A stretch of DNA of 64,000 bases from Lama guanicoe (Eukaryota): the NCBI GenBank assembly GCA_013239625.1, contig MU054117.1:1858011-1922010 (forward strand), in the 5' to 3' direction. The notes under the pieces are model-generated. The model was not told the origin of the DNA. It was given only the letters and a program-made list of their open reading frames with translations, and made no database searches. Shown piece by piece: positions 38,860 through 52,109 of the stretch. The translations under genes and the position numbers were made by a program. The first letter of the stretch is position 1; every line of letters begins with the position of its first letter.

Positions 38860-39214
38860 CCACAACTTTTTTTAAAAAATTTTTATTGAAGTGTAGTTGA
38901 TTTATAACATTAGTTTCAGGTGTAATACCACAGCTTCTTTATCCAGTCATCTGTCAATGGACACTTAGGTTGCTTCCATGTCTTGACTGTTGTAAATAGT
39001 GCTGCTATGAACACTGGGGGCATGTATCTTTTTGAATTAGAGTTTTCTCCAGATATATGCCCAAGAGTGGGATTGCTGGATCATAGGGAAAGTCTATGTT
39101 TTAGTTTTTTAAGGAATCTCCATACTGCTTTCCATAGTGGCTGCACCAAACTGCATTCCCACCAGCAGTGTAAGAGGGCCCCTTTTCTCCACAGCCTCTC
39201 CAGCATTTATTATG
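38382..39214 (-). mobile_element. 5'-truncated cetartiodactyl-type L1 with TSD, (TG)n tract and a nested mini-insertion
   Basis: TSD tgtca(c/g)cagcattattt at 38365-38381 and 39215-39231; similar to the 19345-20197 copy. Confidence 0.9.
38820..38856. repeat. (TG)n microsatellite, about 18 units
   Basis: Direct reading. Confidence 0.97.
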
Positions 39215-39489
39215 TGTCAGCAGCATTATTTCAAAGTGTCTGTATCCAGGCAACTTCATCAGCACCGCACATTAATCTTTAAAAGTTCTGCCAGTCTGAT
39301 GGGAGTGTGTATTCTTAACACACAGGTGGGCTTATTCTACACAAATTTTCCTGCAACTTGCCTTTTCCCTCAACAGTAAGTACCACGGACATCTCTTCTC
39401 ACCTGGGACAGCTGCTCTATGAGTGAGAGGGAGATGACAATGCTGTCCTACCTTAGTTGGCAAGAGAAGGCAGAAATTGTTTTAAAGCA

Positions 39490-40110
39490 AGTACAGAATC
39501 ACTTCACACCCACTGGGATAGCTGTCCTGACCTTGAGAAGTGCTGGCGAGGAGGCGGAAGAAACCGAAACCCTCGAACACTGCTGGTAAGAATGTAAAAT
39601 GGTGCAGCCACTTTAGAAGTCAGCCTGGCAGTTCCTCGAAAGGTTCACCGTAGATACTATAACCCTGCTCCATGGTGTGCACCCAGGAGAAACGAAAACA
39701 TCGTAGCAGCGTCAATTCAGAACCGCCAAAAAGTGGACACCACCCAAGAGCCCACCCGTGGTGAGTGGACCAACAAAACGCAGTCGTGAAGCCACGCTAT
39801 GGGGTTATTATTCAGCAATAAAACGACATGCTGATCCCTGCTACCGTGTGAACGAGCCTTGAAAGCATGATGCTGTGTAAAAGCCAGACACAAAAGGCCA
39901 CGTATTGTACGATCCCATTTCTACGCGATGTCCAGAAGAGGCAAATCCACGGGGACAGAAAGCAGATTGGAGGCTGCAGCGCTGGGAGTGAGGGCAACTG
40001 GGAGGGACTGCTAAACGGGTGTTGGGTTTCTTTTGAAAATGATGAAAATGCTCTGGAATAGTGTTGACTGGTTGCACAACTTTGTAAGTATAGAAAAGCA
40101 CTGAATTGTG
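39490..40110 (+). mobile_element. L1MB-like ORF2 end and 3' UTR
   Basis: cacttcacacccactgggatagct...aatgtaaaatggtgcagccacttt...gatgaaaatgctctggaat. Confidence 0.82.
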
Positions 40111-42968
40111 TACTTGAATGAGATAACACGTCCACGTGCCCTCTGCTCCTCTCTCCACCCAACATCTGGGGCTCCCGGCCTCCCTCCCACAGAGGGCAGG
40201 CAACAGGTTTCTTTTCCAAGCTGCCCCTCCCCCTCCCTTCAGGCCCAACCCCCTCCCCTTTGTACCCAGATCGTTTACTTATTAAACCAATTAGATTAAA
40301 TGACTCGCGCTGCACCCTTGAGCAGGAGGTGGGTAAACAGCTCACAAAGGAGTTTGTCTTGCTCTTGAAAGGGCTTGTTTCCCTCTCAGCCAAGACTCTC
40401 CTTACCAGCCCCTCCCTCTGCCAGCCACGCCCCGACAAAGCTCTCCGATGGCAGGGAGAAACCTGAGGGTCCAGGGGGAGCTGCTACCTCCTACCCACTG
40501 TGCTTTCTCACCCCCAAGGAATCCCACGCCAAGCCCTCAAAGAGCTGCCACGTCTCTTGTTTCCACTGCTTGTGAAGCCAGCAGGCGCCCAGCTCAGCAT
40601 CTGGGCAAATGCAGGCAGAATTCTTGGTTCTTCAAGGGCTTGTCCTTGCACATCTCGGCTACCCTTTGCTGCCACATCTTAGCCCCACACAGGGCACCTG
40701 TCTTCCGGTGCTGTGTCCCTGTCAAACCTTGCTTGAGTTGGATGCCTTGGAGGAGACCTGCAGTTAACTCGCTGAAGCAAGCGTAACCCATCGCTCCTCT
40801 TACCTGAAAAACAAGGGTCAGGGCCTGGATGACTTCTCCAGGCTCTAAGCCTGGTGACTGTTCGGTTCCACAGACACTGACTGAACTCAGCAGGTCCTGG
40901 AAGGAACAGCCGTCACAAGGTCTGCATCCTCGCTAGCAGGGGAAGGGAGGGCTGACTCCTAAGGAGATGCTCTCAGGACACCGCAGAGGTGCTCTGGGAG
41001 CGTGGAGAAGAGCTGCCTGGGTCCCCTCTCCTCCCGGCTTCCACCACCCCACAGTGCCCTCCTCTGCCCTGCCGCCCAGGGCGCTGGTCGGGGACACTCA
41101 TTGTGGAGGCCACCGTTGGAACCTCCCAGTTCCGCTCTCACCCTGTCGAAGGCACCCCTCCTGACAGCTTGGAGTCCAGGAGGGAGGTGTGATTTGAGTC
41201 AGATCCTGTCCTGGAATGGAACCACATCCTCTTGCCACCCCCGGTCCAGGCATTTCCGCCTTTGTGTATTTATAAGACTCTTAAAATAGGTCCCAGCAAA
41301 CAGGAGCAGAGATCTGATTTGGGTTGAGAGTAAAGACTCCTGAGGACGACGCTGCTGCTCTTCCTCCCATTCCATACCCCGGTTCCAGCATCACCCAAAT
41401 CTCCCGGGAAGGCTCCCCTCCTCCCTTCAGTGCTGCTCCCCAAGTTCCTCCTGCCCCGGGGGCTTCCCCTCTCCTGTCCTCTCAGTGCAGATGAGTTTCC
41501 TACAGCACGGGGCGGGGCCACCCTCTAATGCTCATTCATTATCAAGCAATTGCACTTTGCAAAGAACTTCTAGGCTGTCAGCCTTTTGCTCAGCAACCCC
41601 ATCCATCCACACCTAAATGGGGTCTGAGCTCTACAGGGGGAGATCAACGGGAGGCCAGCAGGTGCAATGTCCTCGGCCCCCAGTGGCCTCAGGACAAGCT
41701 GTCCATCATCTGTCAAGGGCTGGAAAGTAGGCGGTGATGAGGAAAGCAGTGTTCCCCACCTCCCCATCCCAGCCTGGACCAAGTCTGCCTCGAACACCTG
41801 CTGGGACCTGGCAGAGGTTCCCCATCAGGTAAGAAAAACCAGTGTGGTCTCCACCTTTCCCGGTGGAGCGGCCCCACTGTTTCATTTTATTTATCTTTAA
41901 TTTATATTTTATTTCATTTAGCAGAGACTGGTCCTCTGCCCCGCGTGGGTCATGCGCAGTCCTGTCAGCCTCCCTGGGCTGCGTGGGAGGGAAGGACCAC
42001 CCCCACCTTCTGAGAAACGACTTATTCTGTTTCGCAGTGTGGGCAGCCGGCTGGGGGGCTTGGTGGAAGGAGACAAAGACGGTTGTCTGTTTCTTCCTTA
42101 CTCGGGTTTAAGTCCCAAGCCGGAGAAGGTCAGCCCTAAAAGAAGTCCGTCTGTAATCCCTGGCTGGGGGCAGAACAGGGGCAGCTCTGCCACGGGGGCC
42201 TGTGAAGGGAAAGGTCATAGGTCAGAGGGAAAGGCCAGGGCTGAGGTGGTGAGCGTGGTGGTGCATGTTTAAGGGGATGGTTTAAGGCTGATCAGAGGCT
42301 GTGAAGTTTCACAGGCCATCCTCAGGGGAAGAAATCTCAGTGAAACAGGTGAAATCCCAAACAAAAGTTGTTTCAAAATACGTGCAGGCCCTTCCGAGGC
42401 GCCAGAGACCATGTGACAGATCTGGAAGCTTCCATCAACTAGTATGAACAGGACGTCCACCCGAGGTCCAGCCTGGGGCTGAGGGGAAGAGAGGCAAGGC
42501 CGACAGAGGAGACATTCTACCCCCACTGCTGGGACCTGGGCTACGTAATGTTTCAGCTCTTTTCCAGCAATCATTGATAATCACCAGAAATTCCTTTCAC
42601 AGGTTAATACCAACCTTCCCCTCAAGCTCTCGGACGGGTGGCCACCAGGCTGCTGCTGGAAACACCCGGCGCGTGTGGTCCCCGCCCTCTCCTTCTGAAG
42701 GACCTCCCAGGGCAAGCCCAACCCTCACACAGGAACGTGCGGACCAGCGGTGCAGACCCTCACTCACACCCGAGGGCGGGGTGCCGGCCCACCACAGACT
42801 CTGGGTTCCTTTCTCTGAGCCCCGTCAGTCCACTGACATCCTGGCCCTCCGCCTCCCGTGGTGTCCAGACTCCAAGGCGGCAGGAAGCGTCCGACTCATG
42901 AGACAGCACGGAGGCCCTGACACTTCCAGGCGGGGCCGCCGACCCAGGGTGGTTTAGAAAGTGTGCAA

Positions 42969-43097
42969 GGGGGAGGGCATAGCTCAAGTGGGAGGGTGCA
43001 TGCTTAGCGTGCATGGAGTAAAATAAGTAAAATAACAAACAATAAATATAAATAAATAAATAAACAAACCTAATCACCCCCCCACCAGCAATAACAA
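42969..43097 (+). mobile_element. Camelid SINE (Vic-1 type), B-box region deleted
   Basis: ggggagggcatagctcaagtgg...gcatgcttagcgtgcatg then directly (aaat)n and aaacctaatcacccc. Confidence 0.82.
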
Positions 43098-43149
43098 AGA
43101 AGGTGGGAGGCCTCACTCACAGACCCAAAAAGATGTTCCCATCAGAGTT

Positions 43150-43495
43150 GTGTGGGGGAAAAGTTGCCACAAATACCACAAAAGTGCAGTGAGCAAAAAA
43201 GATATTTACATCTGTCACAGCCTAAGGAGACACGGTGACTAAAAGCCATGGGGTGATATGGACGGGACCCCGGAACAGAAAAGGGGCCTCGGAAAGGAAA
43301 TCAGAATAAAGTATGCACTTCAGCTGGAATCATGATAATCAATAAGTAACAGGTTACTAATCATGACACACGTGCCCTCACAACTGACAGAGACGTTCGC
43401 CCTAGAGGGGGCCAGCTGTGAGCCACACGACAGCCCCTCACCCCACCTGTGCGATTTCTGGTAAATCTAAAACTATTCTAAAATAAAAGATTTAC
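43150..43495 (+). mobile_element. L1MC-like 3' end
   Basis: gcctaaggagacacggtgactaaa...gtaaatctaaaactattctaaaataaaa. Confidence 0.7.
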
Positions 43496-45182
43496 TGAAA
43501 AGTGCACTTTTGTCTCTAAATACAGGGGTTCATCTAGGCACAGACAAAACTGAGAAGGCATGTCACACTTCTGGGGTGGTTGCCTCTGGGGAGACACTGC
43601 ATTCCATGCTTTTGAATTAAAAAAAAATTTTTTTTTAAGCAGAAGAAAAGGGAAGGAAATTAAAAATAGAGCGGAATCAAAATTGGAAAACTGTGCCATT
43701 GCCCTGTGACGGGAAGGGCACTGGGGCAGTTGTCAGGAGGCTGGGGTGTGAGTCTTCCCACTCTGTGACCTCTCTGACCCTCAGTTTTCTTCTCTATCAA
43801 ATGATGACATTTAAGGATGTTCCAAATGTTACCTCCTGTGATTTGATGATTAGCACACACAAATGGAAACTTCACGTTGCTGGCAGACCCATCATGGGGT
43901 CCTTTAAATAATAAAGCCCCCCACCCCTAAATAATATTTAAAATGCTTCATTGGCTAAAAATAAAAATTCTGAACTTAACAGAATTTTTCAGGGACACTG
44001 TACCTGGGCAGTTTTAGAGGCTAAAAAAATGAAAGGGAAATTGGGTTACAGTCTGATTTATGAGAAGAGGACTGGCTGGTGCTTAACTGGCTCAAATCTA
44101 TGCAAATGAAAGAAGACAACAAAAGGTGGACGGGGTTGCAAACGGCAGCCCTCCCACCAGGCACCGAAGGAGGGCTCTTCACAGGAGATGCTCCAGCTCC
44201 CCACCCACCTCCCCCGACTCCCGTCAACTCCACATGCCCGGGCGACTTGAGAGGCAGACCCATTCAACCCCTGTCTCTCTGAAGATAGCAGTCCTGGACC
44301 TGGTTAATGTGAAACACGGGTCTTCACGGTCCCGGCCCCCACGACAATGAAGCGGGGCGGGGGACAGGCTCTCCTCCAGGGAGGACCTTCTGAAAATGGG
44401 GCGAGACAGCATGAGAAAGGTCAGGCATGGCCAAAGCCCAACCCAAGGATGGGGACAAGTTTCTCCCCCGGGGAAATTTCAGCAAGAGCCGATGCTTAAT
44501 CGATTTGGGGTTTATCCAAAGAAATTCTGCAATCCAAGAAGAATGGGGGTGAGAGGACACTGTAGGTGTGCCCTGCCGTCCCCGGCTGGGCTCTCGGGCT
44601 CCAAGGTTGGAGGCTGCAGCGGGAACAACGGGAAAGGACGCTGGTGCCACTGCTGGGCCCCTGGGGGAGGGCAGCGTGGGGTTGCCCGCCCTCCCCTCTA
44701 TTCTCTCCCCGACGTTAATTTATTCTAGAAGAGTCAAAGCCGGGCTACCAGATACCCAGCTAGTTCACCGCTTACACAGCACAGAGCGTCTGCGAAACCC
44801 TGTGGTGAATACGAAGGGCAAAGATCAGTCTTTTCCAAAAGCACCAACAGATAAAAATTAATACAGTACCACCTGGCACGTCCTCCGCGGGCTCGGAACG
44901 TCGGAGCGGCCAGAACTGACCGGTGTCAACCCGCAGCGGCCCCTTGGAGGCGGTAAATCTAAGCCCAGCTACCCACGCCCACGCCGTGGCCGCGCCAGCC
45001 CTGGCGCTCAAGGCAGACAGAGTCTTGGATCTAGAAATCAGACCTAGATTTTCACCCCGGTTCTGGTGCTCACCCTTCAGCGGAGAGCCACTTTCTGTTT
45101 AAGTTTTGTGTTCTAGAGTAATAACTCCTGCCCTTTCCAGAACGTCACAAGAATCAATGAAAACAAAACAAAACCCATCAAA

Positions 45183-45204
45183 TATATATATATATATATA
45201 TATA
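45183..45204. repeat. (TA)n microsatellite
   Basis: Direct reading. Confidence 0.95.
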
Positions 45205-48200
45205 AAACTCATGCTCTGAGGTCCACGGTGGGGGGGCAAAGGCGCCAAGATCAACTCACACCAGCCCTGCCTGCGAGTTCCCGACATGAAGTAAACGTGA
45301 TTTCAGGCATAACCGAACGCAACAGCGGTCTTTGTTACAAGGTCTACGCTTCCTCGCGGCCCAAGCTTGTCGTTGCACGTGGTAATTCGGTCAATGACCC
45401 GCTGCCTGGCACAAAGCGGGGGACAGCCCAGAGCGGCCAGGACACCAGTTCTGCCCACGGTCTCAGCTGCTTCTCCCTTATCTGCACAGGGCGTCCCGTC
45501 CTGGGGCCCTCCCCGTCCTCGGCCCAGATTCTACAGCTGTGCCTGGACACCCCCTGCTTGTCTCCTCCTCCTAGAACTCACGGCCTCCCGGCAGCTTTTG
45601 GATTTCAAGGCTCTGGGCAGCGTGGCCCGTTGTCTGTCTGCACTCCTGGCTTTCTTCCGCTCCTCTCCTTCCCAGCTCATCCCTTCTTCTCTAGTGGCCT
45701 TTCTCCAGCTTTCCTTCTCTCCCTGGGGAGCACAGGACACTGAGCTGGGGGCCTGAAGGAGGGCGAGGATGGAGGGCAGTGCTGGGGGTGACGGCGTGGC
45801 CGCGTCCTTGTCTTCGGCTGCTGGGCGGCAGGTTCATCCTCCTGCACGCTGGGGGCAGGCAGGGATGCTAAAACCTCACGATCTAAGGGCTGTGCGCCCG
45901 GCTTGAGGCTGTAAGGCCGCTGACAGTACAAGGCAGGCTTAGATGTCCCCTTGGCCGAGCATCCTGGGCCACAAAGCTCAGGCAGAGCAGAACCGAAAGA
46001 AGACTCCCAGGGGAGGCAACGAGCCGGGCCATGTGCTCTGAGCTGAGGACCACAGCGCATCAGTGGCCCATGAAGTCAAGTGAGTGGGACACAAACAAGG
46101 TCTTCAGAGTGACGACAAGTCAGGTGCCCCCGCGGCTGGAGGGAGTGCTGTGGGGTGAGCCTGTCCCCGTTGCGTCTAAAGGTAAGTGTGTGAGTCTGTA
46201 CTGGCCACGCAACATGTGTCTTTTTTGAGGATCACGGTGAAAACAGTTTGAGTCCCTGACACAGAAGGATCGGCTAAGATCTGGGGAAAGGTGGCAGGCG
46301 ATGTCAGACAGCTGCTCTGCATGGAACGTCCTGTCTGAATCTGTAAACGCTGGCCTGATGCTCACTCATCACCCTTCCCAAACCACCAGCCCCACCACCA
46401 CACCCACTCCCCGAGCTCTCTTCCCTCTGACTCGCACTCAGCTCCACTGGGTGGGGCATGGCCACATCATCCCAGCCCAACCACAAGCTCTCCGTGGGCA
46501 GCGGGCAAACTCTCAGCCCCTTCTTAGCAGCCGGCAGCCCAGGCCCTGCACTGGGGGAGCTCAGCCGTAGGGGGCAGGCCCAGATTTGTGGAGGAAGTAG
46601 GGCAACAGGGTCTCTTTAGAATCTGACCCAGCAGTGTTTACTGAAGGCTCCCGGTGTGTGTGCCAGGCACTGGGCTGGCGCTGTCACAAGCACTGTACTT
46701 ACTTTTCCCAGTTTTAAGGGTGAAGAAGTTGAGCTTTGCCCAACAGGGAAGCAGCAGCGATCCGAATGCGAGTCCACTTTCCTTATTATTACCTAAGTCG
46801 TTCCTGCCTCCATTTACTCTTCCAACAGATACCCAACAGAGGCCGGCCACAGGCTTGGCCTTGCGCCCAGCAGTGAAGACACACCGAGATGGGCAGTCCC
46901 TGACCTCGGGTGAGCGCGAACAGACACATAGTATGTGAATCCTGTAAATGCTCAGAGAAGGGCTGGAGACACGGGGGCTGGATTTGAGATGCGTCTCGTG
47001 ATTATATGGGAGAGGCCAGAGGACTAGTGATTTTTATACTTTACTTAAATTCAAGTCTACAGTGTTGGGTTTTCTCTTTCTGTCGTTTCCTTTTTTTAAA
47101 CAGTGAGCAGGTACACGTTACTTTCATCATTTTGAAAAGAAGGACGCAGGTGGCTGGCGGCACCAGATGCTGCGGAGGTGAGCAGGATGAGGCTGGAGAA
47201 CAGGGCTCTGCGACCATCGGGGGCCGGCCGGTCTGCGTGGTAGGCGGTGAGGAAGGGGGCAGGGCTGCTGGGGGGCAGTGCACAGAAGCCGAGTCTGGCC
47301 AACCTTCCATCTGACAAGCTCCACGCTCTTTACAGACGTTCATTCACGGCTCCGAGCAGCAAGGAGGAGTGAGCAGTGACCCGAGGCTCACTTTACAGAT
47401 CAGAAATCTGAGACACAGGCAGGAAAACACTTTGTGCAAGAGCCAAGGAGGATCTGACCACCGACCACAGCGAAGTCCCGGCTCCCGGGGGGCAGTCGCA
47501 GGGAGGAGGCGGGCGCTGGCCGCAGTCTTGGGCTGGAGGCGGGGAGGCAGGGCGGAGGACGCTGAGATGGCGGGGTGTGCCCCTGGGTAGGCGGTGGTAG
47601 GTGTGTAGGGGAGAGAGCAAGGTGGGCCAGGCCGCGGTCTGTGAGTCACCGCACACTCCCTCCAACCCCAGGATCTCACTGCTGGGAACCAGGCAAAGCC
47701 CAGACCTCCCCAGCACCTGCCTCGTTGAGTCACTGCCTCAGTTGAGGACTTGCTACTCAGGAACTTGTTTAAACAAAAAGGAAAGATGTCACCCCTCCTG
47801 AAATGATGGGAAGGACTGTCACACTCTCCATGTCTGGCTGGGAACACCCTTCACCTCTCCACCGCCTCCCTGGACTCGATCTCCCTCCCCGGCTCTGTCC
47901 CAGCCTCTCTTCCTGAGGCTTTTTGGTCACTTCCTCTCCTTCTCCCACTGGTTTCTCCCCTTCCTGCTGACCCCTTGCACTCATGTCTTGGCCTCATACC
48001 CTGATGCCATCTTCCAAGTCACTGGGAGCAGAGCCCCAGGGCTGGGCCACCACGTCCTCCATGTGAGGGAGGCCCCGCACTGCAGCTCCGGGGCGTGAGG
48101 GTGGCTGCGGGCAGAGGGGCAGGACAGGGGCCCGCCAGCGACAGCTGCTGCGGCCAGAGCTCTGACGAGGACAGGGCAGGGGTGCTGGGGGCCCGCTCAG

Positions 48201-49247
48201 GACGCAGGCAGCCTGTGGACAGGTGGCTCACACAGGGCAGGCCAGCTGGGCCCGTGCCCTGAGGGGATGTGATGGCCATAAACAGGTTCATCTGCCCGGA
48301 CCGGATCTCCCCTCCTGGAAGGACACCCAAGCCTCACCCTGTGTGTCTGGTTTATCCTGAAACCCAACAAGATGCTCAGGTTCCTCCTCTCCTTGGCCTT
48401 TGCTCTCGGCCTCTGGGGAGGCCTCAGTCCCTCCTGGGGGTGGGACAAGGTGTATGACCGAGGCAGCAAGGAACCCCAGCCGGCTGAGGACTACTTGCCG
48501 GCTCCCTCTGCCCTTGGTCAATCCTCACACCCACACAGTGTGCCTCTGCCCTGTGACCTGCTTCCTTGACTCAAGTCACCTGCTTGGACCTTAACTTTTT
48601 AGCCTCCCCACCCCTGAGCTAAACGTAAAAGGGTCAGAAAGACCACAGCCAGGCAGGCAACTCCCATGACGCCGGCCCCACCAACTCGAGCCTCCTGGAG
48701 GGAGAACACCAGTCCCAGCCCCCAAAACGTCCTGTCCTCAGATTTCACATTGTTGGGGTCTCGGGGCCCTGATCAGAGCACCCCTACCAGATTCTGCGTC
48801 TTCCCACCACATCAAAGCTCTGTTGCTGGGTCCCTGGATTCACTGACTTGCCATTTATTTGTGTCCCCAGCTCCGCTGTCCAGGGGACACCACTGCTGAG
48901 GTGCCGCACAGGCAGGGCAACACGCGCCCGGCCGTCCAGCGGCTGGGAGGGGCCTCTTCAAGGACGGACTTGGGAACATCCAGGCAGTTATAAGTGTTGC
49001 CTTATCAAGGCAAACCCCTACACTGCTGTTTGGGATCTTCTAACCTAGCCCCACACACGCGCCTTCCCTCGGTTTGTTATTTCAATCAGGAAATTTTCTT
49101 TTTCCATCAGTGCCACCGCAGCCACACCTGCCTCTCCATCCTACCCCGGCCTGCGGTCTCACACGTGTAGGGAACCTTGCTTCCTGAGAGCGCATCAAAA
49201 ACCAGCAACAGGAGTGTGGACAAAACAAAAACAAAACACAAGGACTT

Positions 49248-49369
49248 GGGGGGAGGGCCTAGCTCAAGTGGTAGAGCTGCATGCTTAGCACGCACGAGGT
49301 CCATCCCCAGTGCCGCCTCTAAATATAACAAATAAATAATAAGCCTAATAACCTCCTCCCCCCAAAAAA
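49248..49369 (+). mobile_element. Camelid SINE (Vic-1 type), small B-box deletion
   Basis: gggagggcctagctcaagtggtagagctgcatgcttagcacgcacgaggtcc|atccccagt. Confidence 0.87.
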
Positions 49370-50209
49370 CAGGGGCTGTATCAAGAACAAAATAAAATCA
49401 GGAGGTCAGCGTTTAGTGGGGCCACAGATGTAGCTATTAAAGTTCACCACGGCCCGAGTGCATGTGTGCCAGGGAGCGGCGCTGGCTTGGAGCCTCCAAG
49501 GCCAGCAGAGTGCGGCCTCGTAGTGACCTGCAGTCTGCAGTGTCTAGTCTTCGGGTGGCAGTTGGACTTGGGTGGAAAGGGCGGCTGGGGAGGACAGCGG
49601 CTCATTCAAACCCACCTGTCAGCGTGAGCAGCGTAATGGCCGGACCCAGAAGAGGCATCAAACAGGAGGAAAGGCGATCTCTCTCCGGGTCAGCTGAGGG
49701 GCACTGCCAAGGTGTTACCAAGCCCAGGAAGAAGCTCCGAGGACTCGGCCAGTGGCCGGGGCGGGGGGTGGGGGGCACGCACAACACTGGAGGAGGAGAG
49801 GCAGGCCTGTTCGTTGTTCGGTTGCTGCCCAGGAAACCTGGGGTGGGCGCCCAGGTGGAGGGGGCAGGCAGGAAGGGGCGAAGAAGCCTAGTGTGCACTG
49901 TACCCGGGGTGGTGGTGGGGCTGAGGATCACAGGGACTGGACGGTAGGAAGCGCTCAGGGCAGGAACCGCAGACACTGCAGATGGCTGCCCTGCTGGGCC
50001 CGAGCGGAGCGACAGGGGATGCCGGGCAAGCTCTACCAAGAACAGCTCGGCAAGACACCGGCCTTGGGAACGCTCAAGATGAGAACAGGAAGAATAAAAG
50101 GTCTGCTTCCCAGTGTGGGGACCAGGGGAGATGTGAGGATGGAGGTGGGAGGCCAAGCATGGCAGGAAGAGGCCACCGCCGGGCTCTGGGCTCGAGGAGA
50201 ATGAACAAA

Positions 50210-50785
50210 CGCGGTTCCTCGAAAGAAAAGAGAGTTACCATGTGACCCAGCAATTCCACTCCCAGGCGTACAACCAAGAGAACTGGGAACAGGGGTCAAG
50301 ACAAGTATTTCTGCCCCAACGTTCACAGCAGCACGGGAGACAACAGCCACAGGCGGATGCAGCCCAAGTGTGTCCACAGATGGACAGACAAACAACTCAT
50401 GGTCTGTCCCATAGGATGGAATATTGTTCAGCCACAGAAAGGAACAGAGCGCTGATAACACGCTACAATGTGGACGAGTCTTGAAACCGTTACGCTCAGT
50501 GAAACGAGCCAGTCGTAAAAGGTCACACAGTCCCTGAATCTGTTTATACAAACGATCCACAATAGGTAAATCCACTGAGACAGAAGCAGATTAGAGGCCA
50601 ACAGGGCTGGGGGTAAGAGGAACAAAGGGTGACTGCCTGAGGGATGCAGAGCCTCCTTCGGGAGCAATGAATTGTTCTGGGATTGGATAGAGGTGATGGT
50701 TGCACAACACTGCGGATGTACTAAATGTCACTGAACTGTACATTTAAAAAGGTCAGTGTTATACGAATTCAACTCAATTAAAAGG
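50210..50785 (+). mobile_element. L1MB-like 3' end
   Basis: gagttaccatgtgacccagcaattccactcc...gatagaggtgatggttgcacaacact. Confidence 0.85.
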
Positions 50786-51709
50786 AAAATGAATGAAGGC
50801 AGTCATGGAGTCTCAGGAACAAAGCCGAGAGACACCAGAAGAGAAGACAGGAACCAGAGGTGGGCAAGGGGCCGAGTTACCACTGTTTGCTTTCCGGGTC
50901 CACCGCCTGAGAGCCTTTTCTCTGCCACAGTCCTGGACAGGTGACATGTGACATCCACGGGCACAGGAGCTCTCAAGGAGCCAACAAACTCCCACCTTTC
51001 CTCCGCACCTCAGGGAAGTGCACTGGAACACCAGCAAGGGAAAAGGCCACGATCCGGCTTTAACTTACAGGTACACATATAAACAAAGTGTACGCTGCCA
51101 GTCAAGTGTGACAATGTATTCATGATTTTAAAATACACATCTTCATGAACATTGATATTTTTGTGATTCTTAGTAACCGAGCAGCCCCGGCTTCCATCAT
51201 TTCATGGGAAAACAACTCAGAAAAGATAAGGAAATTCCCCAAAGGCAAGACTTAGCCCCCAGCCGCTCTAGCAGTCAGGACCACCATTAGCCTACCCTGT
51301 GCCTTTGTGCCCTTCCTCCAGGCGTGCAGCTTGCTAAGCAGAGCTCATGCTAGATTTTGGTCTCCACTCACTCCCCGGAAGGGTAGCATTTGTGCAGTAT
51401 ACCACCTGCACAACTGTACACAAAAGCCCCGAGCACAGGCTGGAAATACAGTGCGTACTTCCCAGGGCTGACATTAGAGGTGATCACATGTCACCGAAGG
51501 CATGTTTGAGGTCTAGGTGACTCTTCAGTTCCTTATTTCAGCTGGTGCATTTGGGGAGGGTGCACCGGTCAACTGAACCAGGGTTAGCCATGAAAGTGAA
51601 GGTGATTAAGGGAAAGTCCCAGGAATTCGGGAGGAAATGAGGAACCCCAAAGAGGGCGGCTGGAAGCCTCCCCAGTAAGGTGAGCCCCTAAGCCAAAACC
51701 ACTTCAGAA

Positions 51710-51894
51710 GAGCAGTATATTAAAGTAACTAGGAGCGCGGATCCTGAAGTCAGGCAGACTTGGATCCAAAGCCTGACTGTTACAGTCGGCCTGTGAACTC
51801 GGGGCAAGGCACTGAACCTTTCTGAACCTCAGTTTACTTATGTGTAAAAGAAAAATAATACCCACTTCACAAGGGGGCTTTCAAGATTTAAATG
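51710..51894 (+). mobile_element. MIR SINE
   Basis: ctgaacctcagtttacttatgtgtaaaag...agatttaaatgag. Confidence 0.7.
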
Positions 51895-52109
51895 AGGGGA
51901 GGGTCAAGATAGGGGCAGGGGAGTAAGAGGTACAAACGTCTATGTATAAAATAAATCAGCCGCAAGTGTGTAGAGCACAGAGAGGGAACGGAGCCAATGC
52001 TTCATCTTAAGTATGAAAGGAGCATAAACTTTACAAATTGTGAATTACTATGTTGTACACCTGAAACATATAATATGGTACAGCAACTATACCTCAATTA
52101 AAAAAAAAA
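51895..52109 (+). mobile_element. L1 3' end with poly(A)
   Basis: aagaggtacaaac...tatgttgtacacctgaaac...caactatacctcaattaaaaaaaaaa. Confidence 0.85.

Noticed and set aside
44860..45010. CpG-dense patch as an alternative promoter or CTCF site
   Set aside because: Only about 150 bp, the region is GC-rich overall, and the CTCF-like word has several core mismatches.
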